This document shows, piece by piece, positions 38,996-48,308 of a stretch of DNA of 64,000 bases. The notes under the pieces were generated by a model, which made no database searches, had not been told where the DNA came from, and saw only the letters and a program-made list of their open reading frames with translations. This DNA is from Candidatus Aenigmatarchaeota archaeon (GTDB lineage Archaea; Aenigmatarchaeota; Aenigmatarchaeia; CG10238-14; SCSR01), in assembly GCA_038998335.1 (NCBI GenBank), contig JAVZHQ010000001.1, forward strand, positions 224,001 to 288,000, given 5' to 3'. The first letter of the stretch is position 1; every line of letters begins with the position of its first letter. The position numbers and the translations under genes are program-made.

Positions 38996-39027
38996 GATCT
39001 CGAATAGTTATCGAATAATTAAAACTT

Positions 39028-40049
39028 TTAAGATTTACTGTAAAGAGAGCCTAAGATATCATTCAATTTTTTCAACGCAAAAACAAGGTTTCTATTTAAG
39101 GAAAACTTGGATAAAACTTCATCGTCACATTTTAACAAAAAATCAAGTAGTTGAGTTACGGGAATTTCGTACTTTCTTAATATCTCAGTAATACTATATT
39201 TTTTAAGCTCTTCCTCTAAGTTTAGTTTAGGCTTTATGTTACTGGCAAAAAATAGCTCTCCCTAAATACATAAAATGTTTGAGAATCAGAAACTTCTGTT
39301 TGAATTTTACCCTCTTCTACTAAATCAACAAGTACTAAAAGACCACAACTTCTTAACATTTTTCTGCTCAACTTGTATGTTCGCGAAAAATCTAAAAGGC
39401 GTGATGCTAAATCCTTGTATTGGAATTTTTTGAGCTCTCTTGCATGAAATTCTATACTTTCTTTTAACTTTTTCATAAGTTCAATTTTTTTATCATCACT
39501 GAGCCATTCCGCTTTTTCCAAAAAGTCAGGAACATAAGGAAGCTTTTCACCTTTTGGAGAATAAATAGGATAATTATACACATACTCTTTTCCTGGTTTT
39601 GGTGTTTTTAATTTTATGTAACGGATATGTCTCTTATCATACAATCCTTCACTAACAGCTTTTTCAAGAAAACTTGATACTAGATTGCGTGTTTTGAGTG
39701 TATACGGTAAATTCAATTTTTTAATAATCGATTTTGGTGTGACACTTCTTCCTTCTCTTACTCTTTCTCCTGTTTTTGGGTCTAAACCCATTATTTCACT
39801 AGAAACTTCTATAACTCTTTCGTAAGTCAGTTCTTCTGGTTTAATGATTTTTGGTGCGATTTTTTCAAAAGTTATAGAAGGTAACGAAGAGACAGAAATA
39901 GAAAACCCAAACTTAAAAAGTTTCTTGTTTAACTCTTGGATTTCTTCCACGTTCTTTTCCAATTCTTTTTTGAGTTTTTCAAGTTTTTCAACTTTTTCTA
40001 CAGCTTCAGAAATTAAGTCTCTTTGTTCCTTCAATTTTTCTATCGACAT
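39028..40049 (-). CDS. coiled-coil + winged-helix-like protein, paralog 3; frameshift at the T6 run 39247-39252
   Basis: MSIEKLKEQRDLISEAVEKVE...LNKKLFKFGF from ATG 40049; the unshifted frame stops at 39234; the -1 frame stays open for 72 codons to 39028. Confidence 0.65.
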
Positions 40050-40295
40050 TTTTACCCATAATTTATTAAGCAGTAAAAAATTTAAGATTATACCCACAAA
40101 AGTAACAAAGTTATAAGAAAAAAATTGTTTCCAAAAAAGAATACGAACAATGGTTAGGAAAACCTGGTGCAATGATAATCAAAGCACAAAAAGTTTTTGA
40201 AGCAAGCGGTGAGTAAAATTGCTTGGTAGAGGTAGTGTAACAATAAGAATCATGAAAAAGCATGTTACTAAATTGCTGGAATAAGGGAATATAAA

Positions 40296-41372
40296 CTAAA
40301 ATGGTCTTTGTTCCCTTCTCAAAGAAAACAAGCTAGCAAGATTCCCAACTTTTGTTAACAAATCATAATAAAATAGTTCTAAATCTTTTTCTGTAAGCTT
40401 CGCTCTTTGGTCTGCTTCTATAAGAACAGAAGGCATTCCATAGTTTGCATGTCCACTCAAAGCAAGCAAAACAGAAGAAATAAAATTTGCAGTTTTTACA
40501 CAATCTTTTTCTCCTAGAAAATCAACTCTAATTGGTCTATCAAACTCAGCAGTTTTTAGATAGAATGAAAATATTGAATTTGAAAATTCACCAAACTCTT
40601 TTAGAATAGGATGCTTTTCTGGTTCAGAAGAATAGTTGAAAACACAAGTTCTTTCGTTTAGTTTTAAAGCATAAGTTAAAAGATTGGAGTCTTTTGAGTT
40701 TTCAAGCAAAGGTTTAAACTCTATCAGTTCAGGATTAAGATTAGCTTTTTCCTTTATTATCTCACAAAATCTTGTTCCTCTTGAGTCCTCTATTACTCCA
40801 GCCAAAACGCAATTTTTTTCTCTAGCTTTTGAAAAGAGGTTTAAATAAGATTGAATCAAGTTTTCGTAAGTTGGAAAAAGTATCGAATCCTTTGCTGGTT
40901 TTTCTGTGTAATGAGGAATTATTGAACCATCTAGAAAAATTATGTCAGGTTTAAAATTTTCTATAACTTCAGAAGCTGTAGAAGTTTCAATTATTTGTCT
41001 TTCATAGTTTGAGTTCATCTCAAGCTCTATCTCATGTAAAGGTTCAAAAACTATTTTTGGGATAGGTGTTGGTAAAGCTTCAGGATAATATTCAACTTTT
41101 TCAAGCTTTCCTTTTGAGTAAAAGAATATAACTCCAATTGCTCTCAACAATATCAAATCCATGCCATGTAAAGAACGTTTTACTATTCCTCCATCTACAC
41201 CAGCAATTTTTAAGCTTTCTAGGTTTGATTTTTCAACCTTAAAAATAGTTTTTTCCTCTATTCCAGAAGAAATAGAAATTTTTCTTAGAACTTCAGCAAG
41301 CCTTATTCTTTCTGATTCCATTTTTTCGATTTTCTTAGCAAGCTCTTCCGTTATCTTGAACAAATCTTCCAT
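40296..41372 (-). CDS. nurA: NurA nuclease
   Basis: IAGVDGG, IFLDGSI, GVIEDSR, YGMPSVLIEADQRAK. Confidence 0.85.
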   Translation of the reverse strand: MEDLFKITEELAKKIEKMESERIRLAEVLRKISISSGIEEKTIFKVEKSNLESLKIAGVDGGIVKRSLHGMDLILLRAIGVIFFYSKGKLEKVEYYPEALPTPIPKIVFEPLHEIELEMNSNYERQIIETSTASEVIENFKPDIIFLDGSIIPHYTEKPAKDSILFPTYENLIQSYLNLFSKAREKNCVLAGVIEDSRGTRFCEIIKEKANLNPELIEFKPLLENSKDSNLLTYALKLNERTCVFNYSSEPEKHPILKEFGEFSNSIFSFYLKTAEFDRPIRVDFLGEKDCVKTANFISSVLLALSGHANYGMPSVLIEADQRAKLTEKDLELFYYDLLTKVGNLASLFSLRREQRPF

Positions 41373-41435
41373 CCATTTTTATTTGGAATCAGAAGTAATA
41401 AAAAGTTTTTTAACTTACAAGAAGGAAAAAAGATT

Positions 41436-42188
41436 ATGGTAGATTTCAAAAAATTTAATACTTTCATTTTTGATTTAGATGGAACTGTTTGGAACTGGGT
41501 AAGTTTGCTCCCAGGAGTAAAAGAAATTATTCAAAAATTAAAAAAAGAAGGAAAGCAAGTTCTTTTTGTCTCAAATAATAGTATGCTTTGTAGGAAGAAA
41601 ATGGCAGAAAAACTGAGAAGCTTTGGGATAGAGCTTAAAGAAAATGATTTAATAACTTCAAGTTTTGTTGCTGCAAATTACTTAAAAATTAAAGATGCTA
41701 CTGCATTTCCTATAGGAGAAGGAGTAAAAGAAGAGTTGGAAGAAAATGGTGTAAAAATTGATGAAAATAAACCAGAATATTTGGTTGTTGGCCAAGACTT
41801 AAGCTTTAACTATGAGAAACTGATGAAAGCTTACGAAATAGTAAAAAATGGAGCAAAGATATTAGCCACAGCAAGAGGAAAGGTTTATTTTGAAGGAGAA
41901 AAGTTGATGCCAGCTACAGGAGTTTGGGTTAGCGCTATAGAATACATAACAGATAAAAAAGCGAAGCTTATAGGCAAACCTTCTAACGAAATGTTAGAAA
42001 CTATTCAGCTTTTTGTTTGTTCTCCAAGAAAAGAAACTGTTTTGATTGGTGATGAATGTGATTCAGATATAATGGCAGGAAAGATTCTTGGTTACTATAC
42101 TGTTTTGGTTAAAACAGGAATAGATAAAGAGGCAAAGAAAGTTAAACCAGACTTGATAATAGATTCTTTAGAAGAAATAAAGATTTAA
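41436..42188 (+). CDS. HAD-IIA (NagD-like) phosphatase
   Basis: FDLDGTV, SNNS, IGKPS, IGDECDSDI. Confidence 0.85.
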   Translation: MVDFKKFNTFIFDLDGTVWNWVSLLPGVKEIIQKLKKEGKQVLFVSNNSMLCRKKMAEKLRSFGIELKENDLITSSFVAANYLKIKDATAFPIGEGVKEELEENGVKIDENKPEYLVVGQDLSFNYEKLMKAYEIVKNGAKILATARGKVYFEGEKLMPATGVWVSAIEYITDKKAKLIGKPSNEMLETIQLFVCSPRKETVLIGDECDSDIMAGKILGYYTVLVKTGIDKEAKKVKPDLIIDSLEEIKI

Positions 42189-42655
42189 TCACTTACTTTT
42201 CTTAGATATTTTTTGTACCAGTTCTGAATCGAGGATTTAACGTTTATCTTTCTAACTAAAGCTTTAAGTTCGCTTAATCCTGCTCGGAAGTGCCACTTTC
42301 CTTTTTTTGTTATAGAATAAACTCTCCTTGGTTTTTCGGCTATAATCGTTTGAGATTCTACAAGACCTCTTTCTTCTAAGGACCAAAGAGTTGGATAAAC
42401 TGTGCTTGCTCCTGGATTATAACCAAACTTTTCTCTTAAATTTTTCATAATCTTATAGCCATGAAGATTTCCGTAATGTTCCAAAAAATAAAGTATGAGC
42501 AAGTCTATACAGCTTCTAACCCATCTTTTTCTGTATTGCCTAGCAATATCTCCATAATTTTCAGTAGACAAAATTACTGGATATTTTTGAGTTACTTGTG
42601 GAAAACTCATGAAAATTAAAGGAAAAGTAAACTTTTTATGTTTTTCTAAAACCAT
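42185..42655 (-). CDS. PadR-family regulator (true start possibly 42610)
   Basis: HGYKIMK, STVYPTLWSLEERGLV, RRVYSITKKG. Confidence 0.85.
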   Translation of the reverse strand: MVLEKHKKFTFPLIFMSFPQVTQKYPVILSTENYGDIARQYRKRWVRSCIDLLILYFLEHYGNLHGYKIMKNLREKFGYNPGASTVYPTLWSLEERGLVESQTIIAEKPRRVYSITKKGKWHFRAGLSELKALVRKINVKSSIQNWYKKYLRKVSD

Positions 42656-42688
42656 TTAATTTTTAAGTTCAAAATAATAAATCTATAG

Positions 42689-44368
42689 GTGATTAATTTC
42701 GAGAAAGAAAGATGGCTTGTAACAGCAGCCTTACCTTATGTGAACAATATCCCACATGTAGGTAACATAGTAGGTTCTCATTTACCAGCAGATATTTTTG
42801 CAAGATTTCTAAGACTTTTTGGTTATGATGTTGTTTTTGTTGGTGGTACTGATGAGCATGGTTCACCAACAGAAGTTGCAGCTTTTAAAGCTGGGTTAAG
42901 CCCAAAGGATTTTTGCGACAAACTATACAAGGTTCATAAGCTTATATACGATTGGTTTGGTATAAGCTACGACAACTTTTCTAGAACTTCTAAAGAAATA
43001 AATCATAAGGTTACGACTGAGATTTTTTTAAGATTGTTTAAGAATGGGTTTATAATAAGAAAGAAACTTTTGCTTCCTTATTGTGCGATAGATAAAAGAT
43101 TTTTGCCTGACAGGTGGGTAGAAGGCACGTGCCCTTATTGTGGTTATAAGCCTGCAAGAGGCGATCAATGTGAATCTTGCACTCGTTTGCTAGATCCTTC
43201 TGAACTTATAGAACCTTATTGTATAATTTGTAAAAACAAACCAGAAATAAAAGAGGTAGAGCATTTATTCTTAGACTTGCCGAAACTTGAAAAGCAGCTT
43301 GAAGAATGGATAAAAGAAAACAAACATTGGAAGCCTAACGTGAGAAATTTAGCTTTATCTTGGATAAAAGAAGGTTTGAAACCAAGATGCATTTCAAGAG
43401 ATTTAAAATGGGGGATTCAAATTCCTCTAGAAGGATTCAAGGATAAAGTTTTCTATTGCTGGTTTGATGCTCCTATTGGTTACATTTCTTCAACAGTTGA
43501 ATGGGCTGAAAAGATTGGTAAACCAGAAGAATGGAGAAAGTATTGGCAGGAAAAAAGTTCAAAAATAGTTCATTTTATAGGAAAGGATAATATTGTTTTT
43601 CACACGATAATCTGGCCTGCTATTTTGATGGGGACTGGAGAGTTTAATCTTCCTTATCAAGTTGGTGGTTTAGAGTTCTTAAACTATGAAGGAGATAAGA
43701 TTTCAAAAAGTAGAAACTGGGGAGTTTTTCTAGATGTTGAAAACGATAAGGTTATAGTAAAGGTTGGTGAAAAGAAAATAGATATTGAGCCTGATTATTT
43801 GAGGTTTTACTTAAGCTTGATAATGCCTGAGACAAAAGATTCAAACTTTGTTTGGAAGGAATTTGAAAAGAAGGTTAACGCTGAGCTTGTTGGTAATTTT
43901 GGGAATCTTGTTTTTAGAGTTTTGATTTTTGTTAGAAACAATTTTAATTCTACAGTTCCTGAGCCTGAAAAGCTGGGAAGAAAAGAGAATAACTTGATTA
44001 AAAAGATAACTGCTACAAAAAATTCTGTGAAAGAACTTGTTTTGCAACTTAAGTTTAGAGATGCCTTGAAAAAGATTTTAAGTTTGAGTAAGGCTGGTAA
44101 CGCTTACTTCCAAAGCAAAAAGCCTTGGGAAAATCTTAAGGAAAACCCTGAAGATTGTAGAACAACCTTATTTGTTAGTGTGCATTTGGTTAAAGCTTTA
44201 GCTATACTTCTCGAGCCTTTTATTCCTTTCGCCTCTGAAAAAATTTGGTCTCAGCTTAACTTGGAAGGCTCAGTTCATAAGCAAGATTTTGATAGCTTAG
44301 ATAAGCTTGATATCCAACCTGGACATAAAATTGGAAAAGTTGAGCCTTTGTTCAAGAAGTTTGAGTAA
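42689..44368 (+). CDS. metG: methionyl-tRNA synthetase (catalytic and anticodon-binding core)
   Basis: ALPYVNNIPHVGN, GTDEHG, Zn knuckles, WFDAPIGY, KISKS. Confidence 0.95.
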   Translation: MINFEKERWLVTAALPYVNNIPHVGNIVGSHLPADIFARFLRLFGYDVVFVGGTDEHGSPTEVAAFKAGLSPKDFCDKLYKVHKLIYDWFGISYDNFSRTSKEINHKVTTEIFLRLFKNGFIIRKKLLLPYCAIDKRFLPDRWVEGTCPYCGYKPARGDQCESCTRLLDPSELIEPYCIICKNKPEIKEVEHLFLDLPKLEKQLEEWIKENKHWKPNVRNLALSWIKEGLKPRCISRDLKWGIQIPLEGFKDKVFYCWFDAPIGYISSTVEWAEKIGKPEEWRKYWQEKSSKIVHFIGKDNIVFHTIIWPAILMGTGEFNLPYQVGGLEFLNYEGDKISKSRNWGVFLDVENDKVIVKVGEKKIDIEPDYLRFYLSLIMPETKDSNFVWKEFEKKVNAELVGNFGNLVFRVLIFVRNNFNSTVPEPEKLGRKENNLIKKITATKNSVKELVLQLKFRDALKKILSLSKAGNAYFQSKKPWENLKENPEDCRTTLFVSVHLVKALAILLEPFIPFASEKIWSQLNLEGSVHKQDFDSLDKLDIQPGHKIGKVEPLFKKFE

Positions 44369-44401
44369 AGGATTTAAAAATAGAACAAGAAATTAAATAG
44401 C

Positions 44402-44731
44402 ATGGCAGAAATATCTTTCGCTCAATTCAAAGAGCTTGACTTAAGAGTAGGGAAAGTTTTGGAAGCCGAGCAAATACCAAACTCAAGGAATTTGATCAAG
44501 CTAATAGTCGATTTTGGAACAGAAAAAAGGCAAGCAGTTGCTGGGCTTGTGGGTTATTATAAGCCTGAAGAGCTTGTTGGAAACAAGTATGTTTTTATCC
44601 TTAACCTGGAGAGGAAAAAGTTTTTTGGAATAGAAAGTCAATGTATGATTCTTGCTGCAGAAGATGGTAAAGGAAATGTGGTTTTGATAAAGCCAGAAAA
44701 AGATATAGAAGAAGGAAGTAAGATAACTTAA
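44402..44731 (+). CDS. tRNA-binding OB-fold protein (MetRS C-terminal domain/Trbp111/CsaA-like)
   Basis: FKELDLRVGKV, VDFG..RQAVAG, FGIESQCMILAA. Confidence 0.85.
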   Translation: MAEISFAQFKELDLRVGKVLEAEQIPNSRNLIKLIVDFGTEKRQAVAGLVGYYKPEELVGNKYVFILNLERKKFFGIESQCMILAAEDGKGNVVLIKPEKDIEEGSKIT

Positions 44732-44777
44732 ACTTTTTGGTTATGATTTTAAATTCTTTTCTTTTCTTTATTTAATT

Positions 44778-45935
44778 GTGAAGTATGAGATTTCTTTGAT
44801 AAGGAAGTTTGACGAAAAAGTAAGAGAAATGGAAAATAACTTTGAAAAAATAATCAAGGCGCACATAGGTGACGTAAAATATCCTTATCCTCAATTTATA
44901 GAAGATGTTTTATGTGATTACATAAAAGGGAAGTATGATGGTGTTCTCTACAAAGGAAGCCCTATGCTTGGAAAATGGAGTAAGTATTCTCCGTTTAAAG
45001 GATTTCCTATAGTTAGAGAAGCGATAGCTGAAAATGAAGATGTTGAAGCAGATAACATTTTGCCGTGTGTAGGAGCGATGGGAGGTATTTTTGTAAGCTT
45101 AAAGGCTGTTTCTGAGCTAGGAGTGAAAAAAGTTTTTATTCCTGACGTTGGCTTTAACCCCTACTATATTAACTCTGCTTCACTTTCTGGTCTTAAAATT
45201 TTTTTGTATAACATAAAACCTACTAACGGAAGAGTTGAAGTTGAGATGCCTGAACCAGTAGAAAATTCTTGTATACTCATAAACTTTCCCCATAATCCTA
45301 CAGGCTACATTGCCGAAGAAAACAAGCTCGAGACTTTGATGAAAAAAGCTAGGGAAAAGGAGAATTGTTGGATTATTTCAGACAATCCCTATAAGCATAT
45401 TTACTTGAGGAAAAAACCTACAAACTTAATTTCTCTTTCAAGAAAGTTGGATTTTAAAAATTTTGTAGAGATAGTGAGTTTTTCTAAGCTCGGGCCTGTT
45501 CCAGGAGTTAGAACTGGTTATATATACGGAGAAGAGCAATTCATAGAAAAGGCAAGTTCTATCCAGTTCAACACTCTTGTGCACCCTCCAAATTTGTCTC
45601 AAATTCTTCTTTATTTTTTCGCAAAAGAGAAGGATAAAATGGATAAACATTATGCAAGTTTAAGAGAAGAGATGAAAGAAAGGGAAAAAATTTTAGAGAA
45701 GTTGGATAAGAGAATAGAAAGAGTCCCACCAGACGGTGCAATCTATGAAATGGTAAGGGTGGGGAAAGATGACGTAAAGATTTGTGAGGAAATTTTAGAG
45801 AAGAAAAAGGTTTCTCTCGCTCCTGGAAGTGGGTTTGGGAATAATGGAAAAGGTTGGACAAGAATAGCTTTTGGTGCTTTAGAGAGAGAAGAAATAGAAG
45901 AATTAGTGGAAAGGCTGAACGAGTTTTTACTTTAA
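44778..45935 (+). CDS. PLP-dependent aminotransferase class I/II
   Basis: NFPHNPTG, SDNPY, SFSK...GVRTG, PGSGFG. Confidence 0.85.
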   Translation: MKYEISLIRKFDEKVREMENNFEKIIKAHIGDVKYPYPQFIEDVLCDYIKGKYDGVLYKGSPMLGKWSKYSPFKGFPIVREAIAENEDVEADNILPCVGAMGGIFVSLKAVSELGVKKVFIPDVGFNPYYINSASLSGLKIFLYNIKPTNGRVEVEMPEPVENSCILINFPHNPTGYIAEENKLETLMKKAREKENCWIISDNPYKHIYLRKKPTNLISLSRKLDFKNFVEIVSFSKLGPVPGVRTGYIYGEEQFIEKASSIQFNTLVHPPNLSQILLYFFAKEKDKMDKHYASLREEMKEREKILEKLDKRIERVPPDGAIYEMVRVGKDDVKICEEILEKKKVSLAPGSGFGNNGKGWTRIAFGALEREEIEELVERLNEFLL

Positions 45936-45960
45936 ATTTTCTTAAATCAAAAAAATTTAT

Positions 45961-46431
45961 ATGAAGAAAGTTAGGGATTTCATGAATTGTAACGTTATTT
46001 TTGTAAGTCCTGAAGACTCAATTTTTAAGGCCGCAAAGATTTTTTGCGATAAAAACATCTCTGGAGCTCCGGTAGTAGAAGAAGGAAAAGTTGTAGGAGT
46101 TATAAGCATTTCCGATATAATAAGGTTTGTTAGCATGAAACTACAAAAAGCAGATTTGGCACAAATCCCTTCCTTAAGCTTGCTTTTATTCGATTTTATA
46201 AAAAGCAGTAAAGAATACTTACAAATGAAAAAAGAAATAAACAAGATTTTGAAAGTGAAGGTAAGAGATGTTATGAGTAAGGAAGTTGTTTCAGTAAACC
46301 CAGAAGCTAGCCTAATAGAGGCAGCTTCGCTGATGGAGAAAAATGATGTTAATAGGTTACCAGTAATAGAAAACGACAAGCTTGTTGGAATAATAGCTAG
46401 AGAAGACTTGATAAAGGCTCTTATAGAATAA
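45961..46431 (+). CDS. CBS-domain pair protein
   Basis: KVRDFM, ISGAPVV, KVRDVM, RLPVI. Confidence 0.85.
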   Translation: MKKVRDFMNCNVIFVSPEDSIFKAAKIFCDKNISGAPVVEEGKVVGVISISDIIRFVSMKLQKADLAQIPSLSLLLFDFIKSSKEYLQMKKEINKILKVKVRDVMSKEVVSVNPEASLIEAASLMEKNDVNRLPVIENDKLVGIIAREDLIKALIE

Positions 46432-46900
46432 AAGGAATCCTTCTACTTTTTGGAATCATATTTTTTATACCTTGCTCAGTAAGCAAACTACTTCCAAGTA
46501 TTTTATCCTTGAATTTAACTATGGCAAAGTTGTGATATTCACAGTTTATTTCTTTTTCCGGTTTAACGTCCAAGCCTTGCATAAATTTTAAAACATTCTC
46601 TTCGCTTAGAATTGCTATGTTTTTTGTTGCACTTTTTCCAACAATTTGTGAACCTTCTATGGTTAAATGGATCTTTTCATTTCTTTTTAATTTGCCGAAG
46701 TTAAAGCCTAAAGAATTGACTTTAAGCTTTGAAAAATCAAAACTTAAAACTTCTTTGCTTGTCAGCCAAATTTTTTCTTCCTTATCCTTTGCTACGCCAA
46801 AATCTTTTAAACTGATTTTTGCTCCGTAATTTTTTTCCAAAATTCTCTCTAATTCTTTTACTTCTTCCCTACTTAGAAAAGTTATTTTCTTAACTTGCAT
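46421..46900 (-). CDS. PUA-like/NIP7-like ribosome biogenesis protein
   Basis: NSLGFNFG, LTIEGSQIVG.SATKN, NMIPKSRR; overlaps the m5C methyltransferase gene. Confidence 0.65.
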   Translation of the reverse strand: MQVKKITFLSREEVKELERILEKNYGAKISLKDFGVAKDKEEKIWLTSKEVLSFDFSKLKVNSLGFNFGKLKRNEKIHLTIEGSQIVGKSATKNIAILSEENVLKFMQGLDVKPEKEINCEYHNFAIVKFKDKILGSSLLTEQGIKNMIPKSRRIPFIL

Positions 46901-47769
46901 ACAAAAAACCCCTCTGTTTTCTGAGAGGGAATAATTCTTAAAGCTTTAGCCAAAGATTTATCAAACTCTTTTCCTTCAAACTCAGTTAAACCTTTAACAC
47001 AAGGAAGTTTAAGGTTTATTTCCTCTAATTTTAAACCAAGCTTTTTAACCGCAAAATCTATAACCTCTTCGTTTTCCATCGGTTCTATAGAGCAGGTTGA
47101 ATAAACTAAGGTTCCGTTCTCTTTCAAACATTTGGAAGCAGAAATTATCAGTTTTTTTTGCAAATTTTGTAAAGCTTTTATACTTGTTAAACTTGTTTGT
47201 TGGAATATTCTTTCTTTAAGTTGACCTGTGCCTGAGCATGGTGCATCTAAAAGAATTTTGTCAAACTTTAAACCAAGTTTCCAAAACCTTTCTCCAAAAT
47301 GCATAGTTATTATTGTGTTAGCAACTCCACATCTTTGCAAGTTTCCTCTCAAAGCTTTTATTCTCTTGTAGGTTATGTCGTTAGCGATTATTACTCCTTT
47401 ATTTTCCATCATAGCAGCAATCTGAGTTGTTTTTGCTCCGGGAGCTGCACATAAGTCAAGGATTAATTCCTCAGAGTTAGGTTCTAAAACTAGAGGAGGA
47501 ATCATGCTAGAAGCATTTTGAATAAAAAAATAACCTAGAACATGCTCTATAGTTTTTGCTAAATTTTCTTGAGTTCTTACCCAAAAACCTTCTTTTATCC
47601 AAGGTATTCTTTCATATTCAAAACCTTTTTCTTCAAAAAGTTTGATTGCTTCGTCTACCGAAAACTTTAAAGTATTTATTCTAACATGCCACAAAGGTAG
47701 AAAAGGTTCAGCAAATTTTTCTTTAAAGCCTGGATAGATTTTTTCATATCTTTCTAGCTCTAAGGTCAT
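46882..47769 (-). CDS. RsmB/NOL1/NOP2-family RNA m5C methyltransferase
   Basis: RINTLK, LDLCAAPGAKT, LLDAPCSG, YSTCS. Confidence 0.92.
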   Translation of the reverse strand: MTLELERYEKIYPGFKEKFAEPFLPLWHVRINTLKFSVDEAIKLFEEKGFEYERIPWIKEGFWVRTQENLAKTIEHVLGYFFIQNASSMIPPLVLEPNSEELILDLCAAPGAKTTQIAAMMENKGVIIANDITYKRIKALRGNLQRCGVANTIITMHFGERFWKLGLKFDKILLDAPCSGTGQLKERIFQQTSLTSIKALQNLQKKLIISASKCLKENGTLVYSTCSIEPMENEEVIDFAVKKLGLKLEEINLKLPCVKGLTEFEGKEFDKSLAKALRIIPSQKTEGFFVCKLRK

Positions 47770-47821
47770 AAAATTAAGTAAGATTTTTTATTATTTTAAA
47801 CCAATTAATTATTAGAAGAAA

Positions 47822-48304
47822 ATGGTAGCCACAATCGAGAAATACCCTTTGGAGAAAAGGAAGATAATCAAAAAAACTGTAAAAGCAACTTTTTGGGCTT
47901 ATGTTTTCTTCTTCATAGGGCCACTATGGCTTCACTTTTTTTTCTTTGAAATGTTTAAGTATCATCTTATTATTCTAGACTTCCTTTTTGCTATCTTCCC
48001 AATCGTGGAATTTTTGTACCAGCGAGAATATTTCAAAAGATACTTTTACGACGCAAAAAAGGATTTCTTGGTTATAAGGAAAGGTGTTTTTATGCCAAGA
48101 GAAACTATTTTACCTTATGAGAAGCTACAAGATGTTTATGTCGATCAAGATGTTTTTGACAGGATTTTCAGACTTTATGATGTTCATGTTTCTACTGCAA
48201 CTTTTATGTCAGGGTTCGAAGCTCATATAGATGGTGTAAATAAAGAAAATGCAGAAGCAATAAGAGAAATAATACTTGAAAACATTCGCAAGAACAAGAA
48301 GTGA
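47822..48304 (+). CDS. membrane protein with one bacterial PH (bPH_2) domain
   Basis: Two TM helices; IRKGVF..ETILPYEKLQDVYVDQ..FDRIF. Confidence 0.8.
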   Translation: MVATIEKYPLEKRKIIKKTVKATFWAYVFFFIGPLWLHFFFFEMFKYHLIILDFLFAIFPIVEFLYQREYFKRYFYDAKKDFLVIRKGVFMPRETILPYEKLQDVYVDQDVFDRIFRLYDVHVSTATFMSGFEAHIDGVNKENAEAIREIILENIRKNKK

Positions 48305-48308
48305 ATGT

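Noticed and set aside
39220-39270. BHB intron as the explanation for the paralog 3 frameshift (TTTAGG/CCTAAA pairing)
   Set aside because: The best BHB-like cut removes 33 nt, which keeps the frame and cannot join the two frames; the flanking helices are poor.
40140-40295. Gene remnant or sRNA between paralog 3 and nurA
   Set aside because: Only short broken frames; no complete C/D box set or convincing structure.
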